A DNA stretch of 64,000 bases from an uncultured Nitrospiraceae bacterium. GTDB taxonomy: Bacteria > Nitrospirota > Thermodesulfovibrionia > Thermodesulfovibrionales > Dissulfurispiraceae. Below, piece by piece: positions 1 to 9,259 of this stretch; the first letter of the stretch is position 1; every line of letters begins with the position of its first letter. Location of the stretch: the NCBI GenBank assembly GCA_963736105.1, contig CAVTNL010000001.1, positions 862,688-926,687 of the forward strand, written 5' to 3'. The position numbers were made by a program, and so were the translations under genes. Below the pieces are notes generated by a model that worked only from the letters and a program-made list of their open reading frames with translations, was not told where the DNA came from and ran no database searches.

Positions 1-1336
1 AAAAGCTCAAGACCTCGTCCGCATGGCGGTAGCTAAGGCCGTCCTGCTTGAGCCTTTGAGTCAAACCGTGCTCGGAAACACCAAACGGGCTCTGGTGGTA
101 GGCGGAGGCGTTGCCGGCATGAACGCCGCCAAGGAGCTGGCGAGACAGGGTTATGAAACCGAGCTTGTAGAGCGATCAGAGCGTCTTGGCGGGCACGCCT
201 TACAGTTGTACAAGACGACCAGGGGAGAGGAGGTGGCGCCTTACGTCGATGAACTTGCAAAGAGCGTATCCTCTGACTCGCGCATCAATGTGCATCTGGG
301 CTCCGTAATATCAAAGGTCGACGGATTTGTCGGCAATTTCAAGACTACATTGAGCAAAGCCGGAAACGGCGAACAATCGGTTGTAGTCGAGCACGGGGTT
401 GCAATTATTGCAACCGGTGCTTCGGAGCTCAAACCTTCCGAATACCTTTATGGGCAGAATCCTAAAGTGATGACTCAGACGGAGTTCGATAGGCTGTTTA
501 AAGATAATTCCAAGGCATTCAAAGATATGAAAAAGGTTGTATTCATCCAGTGCGTAGGGTCCAGGGATAAGGACAGGCCCTATTGCAGCAAGGTCTGCTG
601 CGCACACTCTGTGCAAAGCGCAATCGAGATCAAGAAAAGAAACCCCGCGGCCGGCGTCTGCATCCTGAACAGGGACATCAGGACCTATGGCGAGCTCGAA
701 GACCTTTACCAGGAAGCAAGGGATGTGGGTGTGTTCTTTGCCAAATATGATGAAAACAGGAAACCTCGGGTCGAGGACAACGGCAGCACGATCGGCGTCA
801 CCTTCACTGATCACATACTGCAAAGGGACATCAAGGTTAATGCTGATTATCTGGTCCTGGCATCAGCGATAGTTTCCAACCGTGAAGAGGAACTTGCACA
901 ACAGTTCAAGGTACCGATGGATGCCGATGGCTGGTTCGTGGAAGCACACCAGAAGTTGAGGCCCGTAGACTTTGCAACTGACGGTGTCTTCTTGTGCGGG
1001 CTGGCCCACTATCCAAAGGCTATGGATGAGGCCGTTGCTCAGGCCCAGGCGGCTGTAGCTAGGGCTGTTACAGTTCTTTCGATGGACAGCATCGTGGTCG
1101 GAGGGAGCACCTCTAATATAGAAAAGAGGCGTTGCGCAGGTTGCGGCGTATGCATTAACCTCTGCCCGTTCCAGGCGATAAAATTCGATGATAAAGGGAA
1201 GGCTGAGGTAAATGTCGCGCTGTGCAAGGGATGCGGAGTTTGTGTCACCTCATGCAGGTCGGGAGCCCCTGATCTGAAAGGATTTACAACTGTAGGTGTC
1301 ATAGCTCAGCTCGACGCTCTGGAAGGAGTGGTGTAA
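1..1336 (+). CDS. hdrA: Heterodisulfide reductase subunit A-like flavoprotein (FAD/NAD-binding, two C-terminal 4Fe-4S ferredoxin motifs). 5' partial: the ORF runs off the window start.
   Basis: GGGVAGMNAA dinucleotide-binding motif. C-terminal CAGCGVCINLCP and CKGCGVCVTSC ferredoxin motifs. No stop in frame upstream of 23 back to position 2. Followed by mvhD. Confidence 0.7.
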   Translation, partial: KAQDLVRMAVAKAVLLEPLSQTVLGNTKRALVVGGGVAGMNAAKELARQGYETELVERSERLGGHALQLYKTTRGEEVAPYVDELAKSVSSDSRINVHLGSVISKVDGFVGNFKTTLSKAGNGEQSVVVEHGVAIIATGASELKPSEYLYGQNPKVMTQTEFDRLFKDNSKAFKDMKKVVFIQCVGSRDKDRPYCSKVCCAHSVQSAIEIKKRNPAAGVCILNRDIRTYGELEDLYQEARDVGVFFAKYDENRKPRVEDNGSTIGVTFTDHILQRDIKVNADYLVLASAIVSNREEELAQQFKVPMDADGWFVEAHQKLRPVDFATDGVFLCGLAHYPKAMDEAVAQAQAAVARAVTVLSMDSIVVGGSTSNIEKRRCAGCGVCINLCPFQAIKFDDKGKAEVNVALCKGCGVCVTSCRSGAPDLKGFTTVGVIAQLDALEGVV

Positions 1337-1398
1337 CAACCGTAACACAACAGGGCCCTTATGATGCCCGTTGCATTAACTAAATGGAAGGGTATTTC

Positions 1399-1848
1399 AT
1401 GTCAAAGTTCGAACCAACTATCGTGGCTTTTCTGTGCAATTGGTGCAGTTACGGAGCGGCTGACTTAGCAGGGGTAAGCAGGATGAAATATCCTGTAAAC
1501 ATAAGGGTCGTAAGAATTCCCTGCACAGGACGTATGAGCCTTGAATTTATCATGGACGCATTCCGCAGAGGAGTTGACGGCGTCTGGGTATCTGGCTGAC
1601 ATCCGGGCGACTGCCACTATATCAGTGGCAACCTGATCGCCCGTCGCAAGTTTGCGATTATGAAGAACCTTCTTGAATATGTTGGTCTGGAGCCAGGCAG
1701 GCTTCATTTCTCCTGGATTTCCTCCGCTGAAGGCGAGAAATTCGCTAATTTTGCAACATCGGTCGTAGAGAGTGTAACTGCATTAGGGCCGATAAAAAGG
1801 TTTGTAAAAGATACAGTTGAGGTCGGCGGCAGAGGTGCAGAATTATGA
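1399..1848 (+). CDS. mvhD: MvhD/FlxD-family protein (methyl-viologen-reducing hydrogenase delta subunit-like). Predicted selenoprotein: the in-frame TGA at 1597-1599 is read as Sec.
   Basis: ORFs 1384..1599 and 1660..1848 share a frame. Read-through gives ...GVDGVWVSG-U-HPGDCHYISGN..., matching the conserved GCHPGDCHY motif of MvhD with the TGA at the Cys position. A hairpin lies directly downstream. RBS GGAAGGG precedes the ATG at 1399. Confidence 0.75.
1604..1643 (+). promoter_or_regulatory. Bacterial-type SECIS-like stem-loop immediately 3' of the UGA in mvhD
   Basis: CGGGCGA(1604-1610) pairs with UCGCCCG(1637-1643). Inner stem GCCACU/AGUGGC with AUAUC loop (1613-1629). Begins 5 nt after the UGA. 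Confidence 0.5.
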
Positions 1849-2801
1849 ATACCAGAACAAATAAGATCAGGGAAATAGCCAAGAAGCTTCTGGACAAGAA
1901 CAAAGTCGATGTTGTGATAGGCTTCAAAAAGGGGACTATTCCGCTGCGAAACATTCCATATTTTGCGACCAATTCGAAAGAGGCAGACCAGCTTGTTTGG
2001 GATGGCAATTGCGTTGGCAACCTGGCGATCTATCTGCCCAGAACGGCAGCTAAACGCACTGCCATCATTGCACAAGGATGTGTAAGCAGAAACGTAGTAG
2101 GCCTAATTCAAGAGAAACAGGTAAACGGCGAAAATATTTATATCATCGGGATGCCATGCTCAGGGATGCTTGACGCTCGAAAGATCATGGCAGCCGTCCC
2201 CGGAGAGATTACAGAAGCGATAGAAGATGACTTGTATGTTACTGCTAGAGGAAAGGGATTCGAGCTTACAATGAATCGCAGTGACGTGCTGAACCGGAAT
2301 TGCGACCGATGCAGTGTCAGAAACCCGGTGCTTTTTGATGAACTCGCCGTAGAAAAGGTTAACGAACTAAAAGATCCTGTTCGATATGAGAAAATAAGGG
2401 CGGTAGAGGCGATGTCAACTGAAGAAAGGGCGAAGTTTATTGATGAACTCCTAAGCCCGTGCATACGCTGTTACGCCTGTCGCGATGCCTGTCCGTTGTG
2501 CTACTGTCCGGAGTGTTTTGTTGACAAGGCGAACCCCCAGTGGTGCGGAAAATCTCAAGACAGCATGGACGTTTTGTCATATCACCTGATCAGGGCGTTT
2601 CATACTGCGGGGCGATGCACTGAATGCGGGGCATGCGAGGAAGTTTGCCCCATGGGTATTAAGGTTAGGCTGATCTCAGGCAAGGTGGAAAAAGATGTCA
2701 GGGAAACCTTTGACGATTATGCGGCATGGAAGGATCTGAAAGCTCTGCCGCCGCTGACAGTCTTTCAGCGCGACGACCCTCAACCGTTCGTGAAGGAGTA
2801 G
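1845..2801 (+). CDS. Fe-S cluster protein with CxxCxxCxxxCP motifs (FlxC/FrhB-like electron-transfer subunit)
   Basis: CIRCYACRDACPLCYCPEC and CTECGACEEVCPMG motifs. ATGA overlap with the mvhD stop suggests translational coupling. Confidence 0.5.
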   Translation: MNTRTNKIREIAKKLLDKNKVDVVIGFKKGTIPLRNIPYFATNSKEADQLVWDGNCVGNLAIYLPRTAAKRTAIIAQGCVSRNVVGLIQEKQVNGENIYIIGMPCSGMLDARKIMAAVPGEITEAIEDDLYVTARGKGFELTMNRSDVLNRNCDRCSVRNPVLFDELAVEKVNELKDPVRYEKIRAVEAMSTEERAKFIDELLSPCIRCYACRDACPLCYCPECFVDKANPQWCGKSQDSMDVLSYHLIRAFHTAGRCTECGACEEVCPMGIKVRLISGKVEKDVRETFDDYAAWKDLKALPPLTVFQRDDPQPFVKE

Positions 2802-2811
2802 GTGACTGACC

Positions 2812-3843
2812 ATGGAATACATGAGACTGAATAAGAATAGAATGGCACTTTTTATTGAGGAGTTAAAAAAGAAATGCGAGGTCTGGGCGCCAGTTAAAGC
2901 GGGCGAGCAGGTAAAGTTCGCGCCTATTTCGAATGCATCGGATATAAACCTGGAAGGTTTTAGGAACACGACCATGTCGCCAAAGGATATCTTCTTTCCG
3001 CAATCGGAGATAATGCTTTCATTTAAGCGGGAGGGAGAGGAGGCAAATATTTACAGGGACGAACAATCCGTTCCCTCAAAGAAGGTCATATTCGGCATAA
3101 GGCCCTGTGATGCAAGAGCTTTCAGCCTCCTGGATATGATATTCAAGAACGATCAGTTTACCGACAACTACTGGTCGTCAAAGAGGGATGCGGCTACTAT
3201 CGTAGGGCTTGGCTGCAAAGAACCGTGCAGCACCTGTTTTTGCACATCGGTCAATTCGCATCCATTTGACGAGACTGGGCTGGACGTCATGGTTTCCGAT
3301 CTCGGCGAACACTACCTCTTTAAGTCCCTGACCAAGAAAGGCAGGGAACTGCTTGCAGGCAGCCATGCCTTGAGAGAACCCAGTGAAGCCAACATGGAGG
3401 CCTATAACACCATCAGAAAGAATGCTGAAAACGCCATGACTGTACAGTTCGGCACTGATAAGGTGAATGGCAAGACCGTGCTTGCACTCTTTAATGAAGA
3501 GTACTGGCAAAAAATATCCGAACCTTGCCTTAACTGCTCAACCTGTTCCTATGTCTGTCCAACCTGCCATTGTTTCGATATACAGGACGAGGTGTTCAGG
3601 GGAGGAGGGCAGAGGATGCGCAACTGGGAGTCGTGCATGACGTGGATATTCACCGTTCATGCAACAGGGCATAATCCACGGCCGACCAAGAAGGAGCGTG
3701 TGAGACAGCGGTTTATGCACAAGTTCAAGTACATACCGATGAAGAGGAACGGGGAGATTGGATGTGTAGGTTGCGGCCGCTGTGTAACAATGTGCCCTGT
3801 GAATATAGACATACGTGAAGTAGTAAAACAGATTAATTCGTGA
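2812..3843 (+). CDS. AsrA/HydB-like 4Fe-4S dicluster protein (anaerobic sulfite reductase A / sulfhydrogenase beta-like; FlxB-like)
   Basis: CLNCSTCSYVCPTCHC and CVGCGRCVTMCP motifs, about 340 aa, immediately upstream of a PyrK/AsrB-like flavoprotein. Confidence 0.55.
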   Translation: MEYMRLNKNRMALFIEELKKKCEVWAPVKAGEQVKFAPISNASDINLEGFRNTTMSPKDIFFPQSEIMLSFKREGEEANIYRDEQSVPSKKVIFGIRPCDARAFSLLDMIFKNDQFTDNYWSSKRDAATIVGLGCKEPCSTCFCTSVNSHPFDETGLDVMVSDLGEHYLFKSLTKKGRELLAGSHALREPSEANMEAYNTIRKNAENAMTVQFGTDKVNGKTVLALFNEEYWQKISEPCLNCSTCSYVCPTCHCFDIQDEVFRGGGQRMRNWESCMTWIFTVHATGHNPRPTKKERVRQRFMHKFKYIPMKRNGEIGCVGCGRCVTMCPVNIDIREVVKQINS

Positions 3844-3871
3844 GACTAAATACGACAAGAGAGAGCGATAT

Positions 3872-4711
3872 ATGAAAAACCCATATTTGCCTTATCCGGT
3901 AAGAATAGAAAAAACGGTAATCGAAACTGAAGATAGGAATATCAAGTCGTTCAAGCTTGTATTTCTCAAAGAAGAGGACCGCAATGCTTTTGTTTATACT
4001 CCTGGCCAGTTTGCGCAGCTATCGGTTACTGGCAAGGGTGAGATCCCCATCGGGATAGCTTCGTCTCCAACCGAAGGTGACCACCTGCTTTTTACCGTAA
4101 ATAAGATGGGAGTGGTTACGACCGCCCTCCACAATCTTTCCGAAGGATCAATAATGGGTGTGAGAGGTCCGCTTGGAAACTCCTATCCTTTCGAAAAGAT
4201 GAAGGGAAAGGATGTTACCATTATAGGTGGTGGTTATGCCTTTACAACGCTACGCGCTACAATTGTGTACATGCTTGATGAGAAAAACAGAGCTGATTTC
4301 GGTAAGATCACTCTTATTTATGGGGCAAGGACACCGGGGATGTTGCTTTACAAAGACACTTTGGAGGAATGGTCCAAGCGAGACGATATAAATTATAACG
4401 TAACCGTAGACAGGGACGCGCCAGGCTGGAGCGGAAGGGTCGGCTTTGTACCTGCAGTAACCGAGCAGGTTGCACCCTCCTCAAACAATGCAATCGCTGT
4501 GATCTGCGGGCCGCCAATTATGATTAAATTTACGCTGCCTGTTATGGAAAAACTCGGCTTTACGCCGGAGCAGACTATCACCTCCCTTGAAAATAGGATG
4601 AAATGCGGCATAGGCATATGCGGCCGGTGCAACGTAGGTCCGGAGTATGTTTGCAAAGACGGCCCAGTATTCTCGATGGCCCAGTTGCGGGAGATGCCTC
4701 AAGAATACTGA
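3872..4711 (+). CDS. FAD/NAD(P)-binding oxidoreductase with C-terminal 2Fe-2S site (AsrB / HydG / PyrK family; FlxA-like)
   Basis: Ferredoxin-NADP reductase-like fold signatures (YTPGQFAQL, GGGYAF). C-terminal CGIGICGRCNV...C cluster motif typical of PyrK/AsrB. Confidence 0.65.
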   Translation: MKNPYLPYPVRIEKTVIETEDRNIKSFKLVFLKEEDRNAFVYTPGQFAQLSVTGKGEIPIGIASSPTEGDHLLFTVNKMGVVTTALHNLSEGSIMGVRGPLGNSYPFEKMKGKDVTIIGGGYAFTTLRATIVYMLDEKNRADFGKITLIYGARTPGMLLYKDTLEEWSKRDDINYNVTVDRDAPGWSGRVGFVPAVTEQVAPSSNNAIAVICGPPIMIKFTLPVMEKLGFTPEQTITSLENRMKCGIGICGRCNVGPEYVCKDGPVFSMAQLREMPQEY

Positions 4712-4872
4712 TCTGTGTAAGCAAGGCGCTCTGCAAGGATTGAATATAAATGTCCAGTATATCGATCCTGAAAAATATTTAATATGTGTAGTGTGTTGTA
4801 AGTGTGGAGCCGGAAATATGCGCAATCACAATGGATTTAGGAAACAATGGGTCAATGAATAATCATACTCTA

Positions 4873-5616
4873 TTATAATTTTGTTTTTTTTCGCAATCTG
4901 TCTGCAGGTACTGGCGCTTGCATAGGGTAAATGGGGTTAGCTAGTGTCCACCATCCAGGACGAGGTTGCCGTGCGAATTCGATACGGTAGATATATTTGA
5001 TGTTCTTGTATCCAAGACTGTAAGGCGCTATTAGACGTAGTGGCGCGCCATGATCGTGTGGAAGAGGATCGTTGCCCATCCACAAGGTCATGAGGCATTC
5101 TTTCTTCGGATCGAGTAGATCTTTAACGAGATGCGATTCCAAGTAGCAGCTCTGTCCATGAGGCTTGTCTGTTGTTTCGCCGAGAGAGTAGAACACCGCG
5201 TAATCCGCTCCAATTCTGGGTCGTGCCCTTCTTACAATCTCCTGAAAACGGAAACCACCCCAATGGTTATCAGCCACAGACCATCCTTCCACGCAATGAA
5301 AATCCGATATCTGACGTGATTTTGGAAGGGCAAGAAGGTCATCATAGGATAGCTTTAATGTCTGGTCCACCAAACCCTCAATGGAGAGGTTGTAGGGCTC
5401 ATCCTTCTTTCCCTCCCATCTCACCATGCCCGTTTTAGGATCAAAGTGGAAGGCATCCCGCTCGACCGTCCTTATGTAAAACTCCTCTACGAAAAAGGCC
5501 TTGAGGGTCGAAGGAATGCCAAGCAGAATGGTAAAGAGTCCCAATGCTTTGAGAAATAACCTTCTCCCGAAACTGCTATCTTTTCCCATGAGTGTAGTCC
5601 TTTTAATGATCCGCAA
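4873..5616 (-). CDS. Molybdopterin-dependent oxidoreductase, sulfite-oxidase fold (YuiH/MsrP-like), Tat-secreted
   Basis: N-terminal GRRLFLKALG twin-arginine motif. HCVEGWS and LAPYSLGYKNIKY motifs of the Oxidored_molyb domain. Confidence 0.7.
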   Translation of the reverse strand: MRIIKRTTLMGKDSSFGRRLFLKALGLFTILLGIPSTLKAFFVEEFYIRTVERDAFHFDPKTGMVRWEGKKDEPYNLSIEGLVDQTLKLSYDDLLALPKSRQISDFHCVEGWSVADNHWGGFRFQEIVRRARPRIGADYAVFYSLGETTDKPHGQSCYLESHLVKDLLDPKKECLMTLWMGNDPLPHDHGAPLRLIAPYSLGYKNIKYIYRIEFARQPRPGWWTLANPIYPMQAPVPADRLRKKTKL

Positions 5617-5813
5617 AAAAAGATCCGTTTCCAGTCTATGCTAATAGTATTTCTGATACTCCAACAATTATAGCAGTTTGTAGTTAGCAATTCTGAGTTG
5701 ATTTAGAAGTAATCGAAAACCTGTGCACAAACGATCCTGTCAATATTCTGCCGTGAGTGGAATATTATTTTGGAAATTATTAATTCTTGCTCAAATAGTC
5801 GAAGTTATACTGC

Positions 5814-6146
5814 TTATTTGCCCAGTCTCAAGCTGATCCGTCCAACCAATGCATCCTTCGATAAGCTACCAACTATGCGGTCCACCTCTTTGCCGTCGAC
5901 ATAAACAACAACCGTCGGTGTGCCAGTCACATTACATTGAACAGCCATAGAACTGTTTTCATCGCAGTTCAACTTCGCAAAACGCACTTTGCCGGCCATC
6001 TCCGCAGCAGCCTCTGCGTATACAGGAGTAAACATCTTGCAGTGTCCACACCAGGGGGCCCAGAAATAAATGACCATGATTCCAACAGATTGCTCTACAT
6101 TGGACATCCACGTTTCCGCCTTTAGCTCAATTACACTATAATCCAT
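5814..6146 (-). CDS. trxA: Thioredoxin
   Basis: WCGHCK active site; 110 aa. Confidence 0.85.
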   Translation of the reverse strand: MDYSVIELKAETWMSNVEQSVGIMVIYFWAPWCGHCKMFTPVYAEAAAEMAGKVRFAKLNCDENSSMAVQCNVTGTPTVVVYVDGKEVDRIVGSLSKDALVGRISLRLGK

Positions 6147-6293
6147 GGAATATATCCTCCAATATATTGCTCACAAACCTTTTTACTTCCGATTCTTTAA
6201 TTTATCTCAAGAGTCGGCTTGCTAAAAGCAAGCTTGCTATTTGAGTACCGCCATATAACTATCGTACACTTGTTTGCTACGAAGATACGAAAG

Positions 6294-6557
6294 CTAATTT
6301 ATCCTTTCACCAAGAAGCTTGCCTAATTTAGACAAGTGGTTCTTTTCTTCTTCAATAAGTATGTCGAAGACTTTTTTTGCCCTCACGTCCTCTATCTTTC
6401 TTAATATTTTGATATATAGGTCAAGAGCGTTAATTCCCAATTGCATTGAGACTTCAAGGATATCAAGCAGGGTCTTGTCCCGTCCCTGCAAGAAGCTAAC
6501 AACATCCTCAATCCTGACGCCACCCTCCATGACTCCTTTTAATGGCTCTCTATTCAA
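6294..6557 (-). CDS. Small hypothetical protein (possible ferritin-like EEEKNH motif)
   Basis: 87-aa ORF directly 3' of iscB. No confident family assignment. Confidence 0.3.
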   Translation of the reverse strand: MNREPLKGVMEGGVRIEDVVSFLQGRDKTLLDILEVSMQLGINALDLYIKILRKIEDVRAKKVFDILIEEEKNHLSKLGKLLGERIN

Positions 6558-6589
6558 AATATCGTCGTTAAGTTTTTCATGAGAACTCC

Positions 6590-7909
6590 TTAGGCGCGGA
6601 TACTCGGTAATGCATTGCCGAGAGGAGCGCCTGTCTTTGATTGATAGGAATAGCCGTCAGCCCTGTGAATCACAGAGCAGTGTTTATAGCTGATACCCTG
6701 AACAACACCAGCAGTACTCGACACATTGAAATAACCAGACGTTCTCACTGCTACCTTGCCGACATGTATGCCTGTCTTTTTGCCGGTCGGGACACTAGCC
6801 TTAACTAAATCCCCCGTTCTAAACCCCTCGACCACACGAGTCGACTTGGCTGAAGTCCGTGAGAACCCAAACTTGTCCATACGGCACATTTGCCGACAGC
6901 CATGACCACAAGCCTTCACCTGCAGCACAGCCATATTCGAATCGAGCTTTACATGCGCCCCGGACTCGCCAACGCAGGCCGCATCTATCCAGTGAGCCTT
7001 CGGATAACCCTGTTGATTACGGTTGAACTTAGTGCGCCCACCGGACCAGAATGTCACCGGCAATCCAAGAGACTTCAGAGTATTGCCAATCGCATATCGG
7101 GTAGCGTTAACCGCTGCCGCGTCTTTGAGCGGCATAAGAGCTTGTTTCTGCACCTCCGGATGCCCAAACTCCACAGCAGTAAGATTGTTCTTTCTCTGAT
7201 TGCAATCCTCACAGGACAGAGTGAGGTTTGAAACACGATCAGTACCTCCTCTGGACTTGGGAATTATGTGCTCGATTTGCAATGGAATATTGCCTGTACC
7301 GCAATACGCACACCTATGGCCCCATTTTTGGAGCAGGTACTGCTTGACCTCAAATCCAGCAAGTGTCCCCTGCTGGTATTCGACACCGGATATTTCAGGG
7401 TTGACCATCTTCTGCATATCGAACCTGACAGTCTCCACCGCAACAGACGTTAGCGGGGCAAGCCGTTGCAACCTCTGCGCCCAAGTCATCGTGTTGTAAA
7501 CGCGAGACATGAGAGAGGGCGGCAACCATCCCTCTGGCCTGGTCCGATTGTCAAAACGTGGAGCACGATATCTGGTCTTGCGGTTGCGCCTGCTTCTGCG
7601 AATAGAGCGCCTTGAATCAAGAGCTTTTTTGATAGCCTGCCCTCTGTGGTGAATCTCTGCGGCAAAGACTACCGTCTTCCCTCGCTTGGCGTACTCGGCA
7701 ATAAGTGCTACTCCGGTCAACTTGCTGCCTGGATCCGTTTTGAATTCAATCGGCTGAGTGTCTCCGTCTGCTCGATCTTTAAGAATGATCGTAAACGGAT
7801 ACCGGTTCAGCACCGCAGCTTTCTTCTCCGTTAATAACATCCTGGCCCTTGCCGGAGTGCAGGGCATGAGATGCTGTCTGGTACTGCTTACTACGAAAAC
7901 ACGTTGCAT
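6590..7909 (-). CDS. iscB: IscB (OMEGA RNA-guided nuclease; IS200/IS605-family insertion-sequence protein with split RuvC and HNH domains)
   Basis: N-terminal PLMP-like motif (HLMPCTP). Arg-rich bridge helix (RRSIRRSRRNRKTRYRAPRFDNRTRP). HNH motif (CAYCG...IEHIIPKSRGGTDRVSNLTLSCEDCNQRKNN). Zn-finger cysteines (CGHGCRQMC). About 440 aa. Confidence 0.8.
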   Translation of the reverse strand: MQRVFVVSSTRQHLMPCTPARARMLLTEKKAAVLNRYPFTIILKDRADGDTQPIEFKTDPGSKLTGVALIAEYAKRGKTVVFAAEIHHRGQAIKKALDSRRSIRRSRRNRKTRYRAPRFDNRTRPEGWLPPSLMSRVYNTMTWAQRLQRLAPLTSVAVETVRFDMQKMVNPEISGVEYQQGTLAGFEVKQYLLQKWGHRCAYCGTGNIPLQIEHIIPKSRGGTDRVSNLTLSCEDCNQRKNNLTAVEFGHPEVQKQALMPLKDAAAVNATRYAIGNTLKSLGLPVTFWSGGRTKFNRNQQGYPKAHWIDAACVGESGAHVKLDSNMAVLQVKACGHGCRQMCRMDKFGFSRTSAKSTRVVEGFRTGDLVKASVPTGKKTGIHVGKVAVRTSGYFNVSSTAGVVQGISYKHCSVIHRADGYSYQSKTGAPLGNALPSIRA

Positions 7910-8144
7910 CGAATTACTCCTTCAATCTCCACTTTCGTGGGTAATGTGTGCCTCGGCAATGTTATCCGGCGGTTTCGCTTAAAGCGCCTGCTGTTGGGTG
8001 TGCAGACAGCACTGGCTTAACCCTTACACCTGTTTAACTGTCTGCCGCAGAGCTTGGGACTGGCAAGCATCCCGAGGTGCCTATGTATTCGCCGGTAACG
8101 TAGTTAATACAACACTGAGCCTGGTCAACTAGAGCATGCTTGAA
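7910..8144 (-). ncRNA. Candidate omega-RNA region upstream of iscB
   Basis: 235-nt non-coding gap 5' of iscB with multiple stable hairpins (CAGACAG...CTGTCTG at 8003-8044; GAGCATG...CATGCTC at 8131-8156). In IscB systems the omega-RNA is encoded directly upstream of the ORF. Confidence 0.4.
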
Positions 8145-8522
8145 TTAACACATGCTCTCGGTTTTAACCCCGAGTGGTTGACTGTAGCTTCCCGTGGCTA
8201 CATGACCGTTCCATGCTGTGATGCCTCCGTCCATACTGTAAATTTTAGAGAACCCCTGAGCTAATAAGAAAGCTGCTGCAGCCCGACTCCGGTTGCCACT
8301 CCTGCAGTATGTGAGAATTGGCCTAGTACGATCTAGCTCGCCCACTTTGTTTATGAGGTCTGGTAGCGGAATAAAAACAGCTCCTGGAAGATGGCCAGAT
8401 TTATACTCTTCAGGTTGTCGAACATCGAGAATAATAAATTCTGATCCCTTGTTGCCAAGCAATTCTTTTGCCTGGTCGACGTCCAGAGTTTCAATTTTAT
8501 TGCCTGCATTTATATCTTCCAT
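8145..8522 (-). CDS. Rhodanese-domain sulfurtransferase
   Basis: Single rhodanese domain with CRSGNRS active-site loop. Confidence 0.8.
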   Translation of the reverse strand: MEDINAGNKIETLDVDQAKELLGNKGSEFIILDVRQPEEYKSGHLPGAVFIPLPDLINKVGELDRTRPILTYCRSGNRSRAAAAFLLAQGFSKIYSMDGGITAWNGHVATGSYSQPLGVKTESMC

Positions 8523-8665
8523 GATTATCCTCTTTTCTTATAGTAGCATGACTTTTGATTCAATTATAGATCATAGTACATATATGACACATAGGCATGG
8601 CCAGTTTTTTCTGAATACAATGCAATAGAGCCCAAAAAACTCTTTTGCAAATAAAGAGGTGCAGC

Positions 8666-9259
8666 ATGAACTTACTGAAGGGAACAAAGACAGCCGAAAA
8701 CGTATTAAAAGCCTTCGCAGGGGAATCCCAGGCGCGCAACCGGTACACATTTTATGCTTCTGTGGCCGACAAACAGGGATACAAGCAGATCAAGAATATC
8801 TTTCTGGAGACAGCTGATAATGAAAAGGAGCATGCAAAGAGATTTTATAAGCTTCTGCTGGAGGGTTTCAAGGACGAACTGCCGGCGATGATCGAGATCA
8901 ATGCCGCCTATCCTGTGGCACAGGGAAACACGCATGATAACCTCATGGCAGCCGCAAACGGCGAGAATGAGGAATGGCAGACGCTATACCCTTCTTTTGC
9001 CATGGTTGCCGAAGAAGAAGGATTCCACCATATTGCTATCGTATTTCGTAAAATTGCTGAAGTCGAAGCTCGTCACGAGGCACGTTACCGTAAGCTCGCA
9101 GCCAACATAGAAACTGACCGTGTCTTCACAAGAGATTCTAAGAGTTCATGGAAGTGTGCCAACTGCGGGTATGTTCATGAAGGAGCCAGCGCACCTGAGA
9201 AATGCCCTGCATGCGATCATCCGCAGGCATATTTTGAATTGTTCGCCGAGGCATACTGA
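8666..9259 (+). CDS. rbr: Rubrerythrin (ferritin-like diiron domain plus C-terminal rubredoxin-like CxxC...CxxC)
   Basis: ExxH diiron motifs. C-terminal CANCG...CPACD. AGAGGT RBS 6 nt before the ATG at 8666. Confidence 0.85.
   Translation: MNLLKGTKTAENVLKAFAGESQARNRYTFYASVADKQGYKQIKNIFLETADNEKEHAKRFYKLLLEGFKDELPAMIEINAAYPVAQGNTHDNLMAAANGENEEWQTLYPSFAMVAEEEGFHHIAIVFRKIAEVEARHEARYRKLAANIETDRVFTRDSKSSWKCANCGYVHEGASAPEKCPACDHPQAYFELFAEAY

Noticed and set aside
311-823. 170-aa antisense ORF inside hdrA, and many other antisense ORFs of 60-250 aa inside long genes (for example 21986..22747 in tnpB, 47608..48024 in cusA, 50037..50573 in the intron RT, 54162..55943 in the ABC-F gene)
   Set aside because: All lie fully within strongly supported genes on the opposite strand, lack motifs and have biased, Arg/Ser-rich composition typical of antisense frames of GC-moderate genes.
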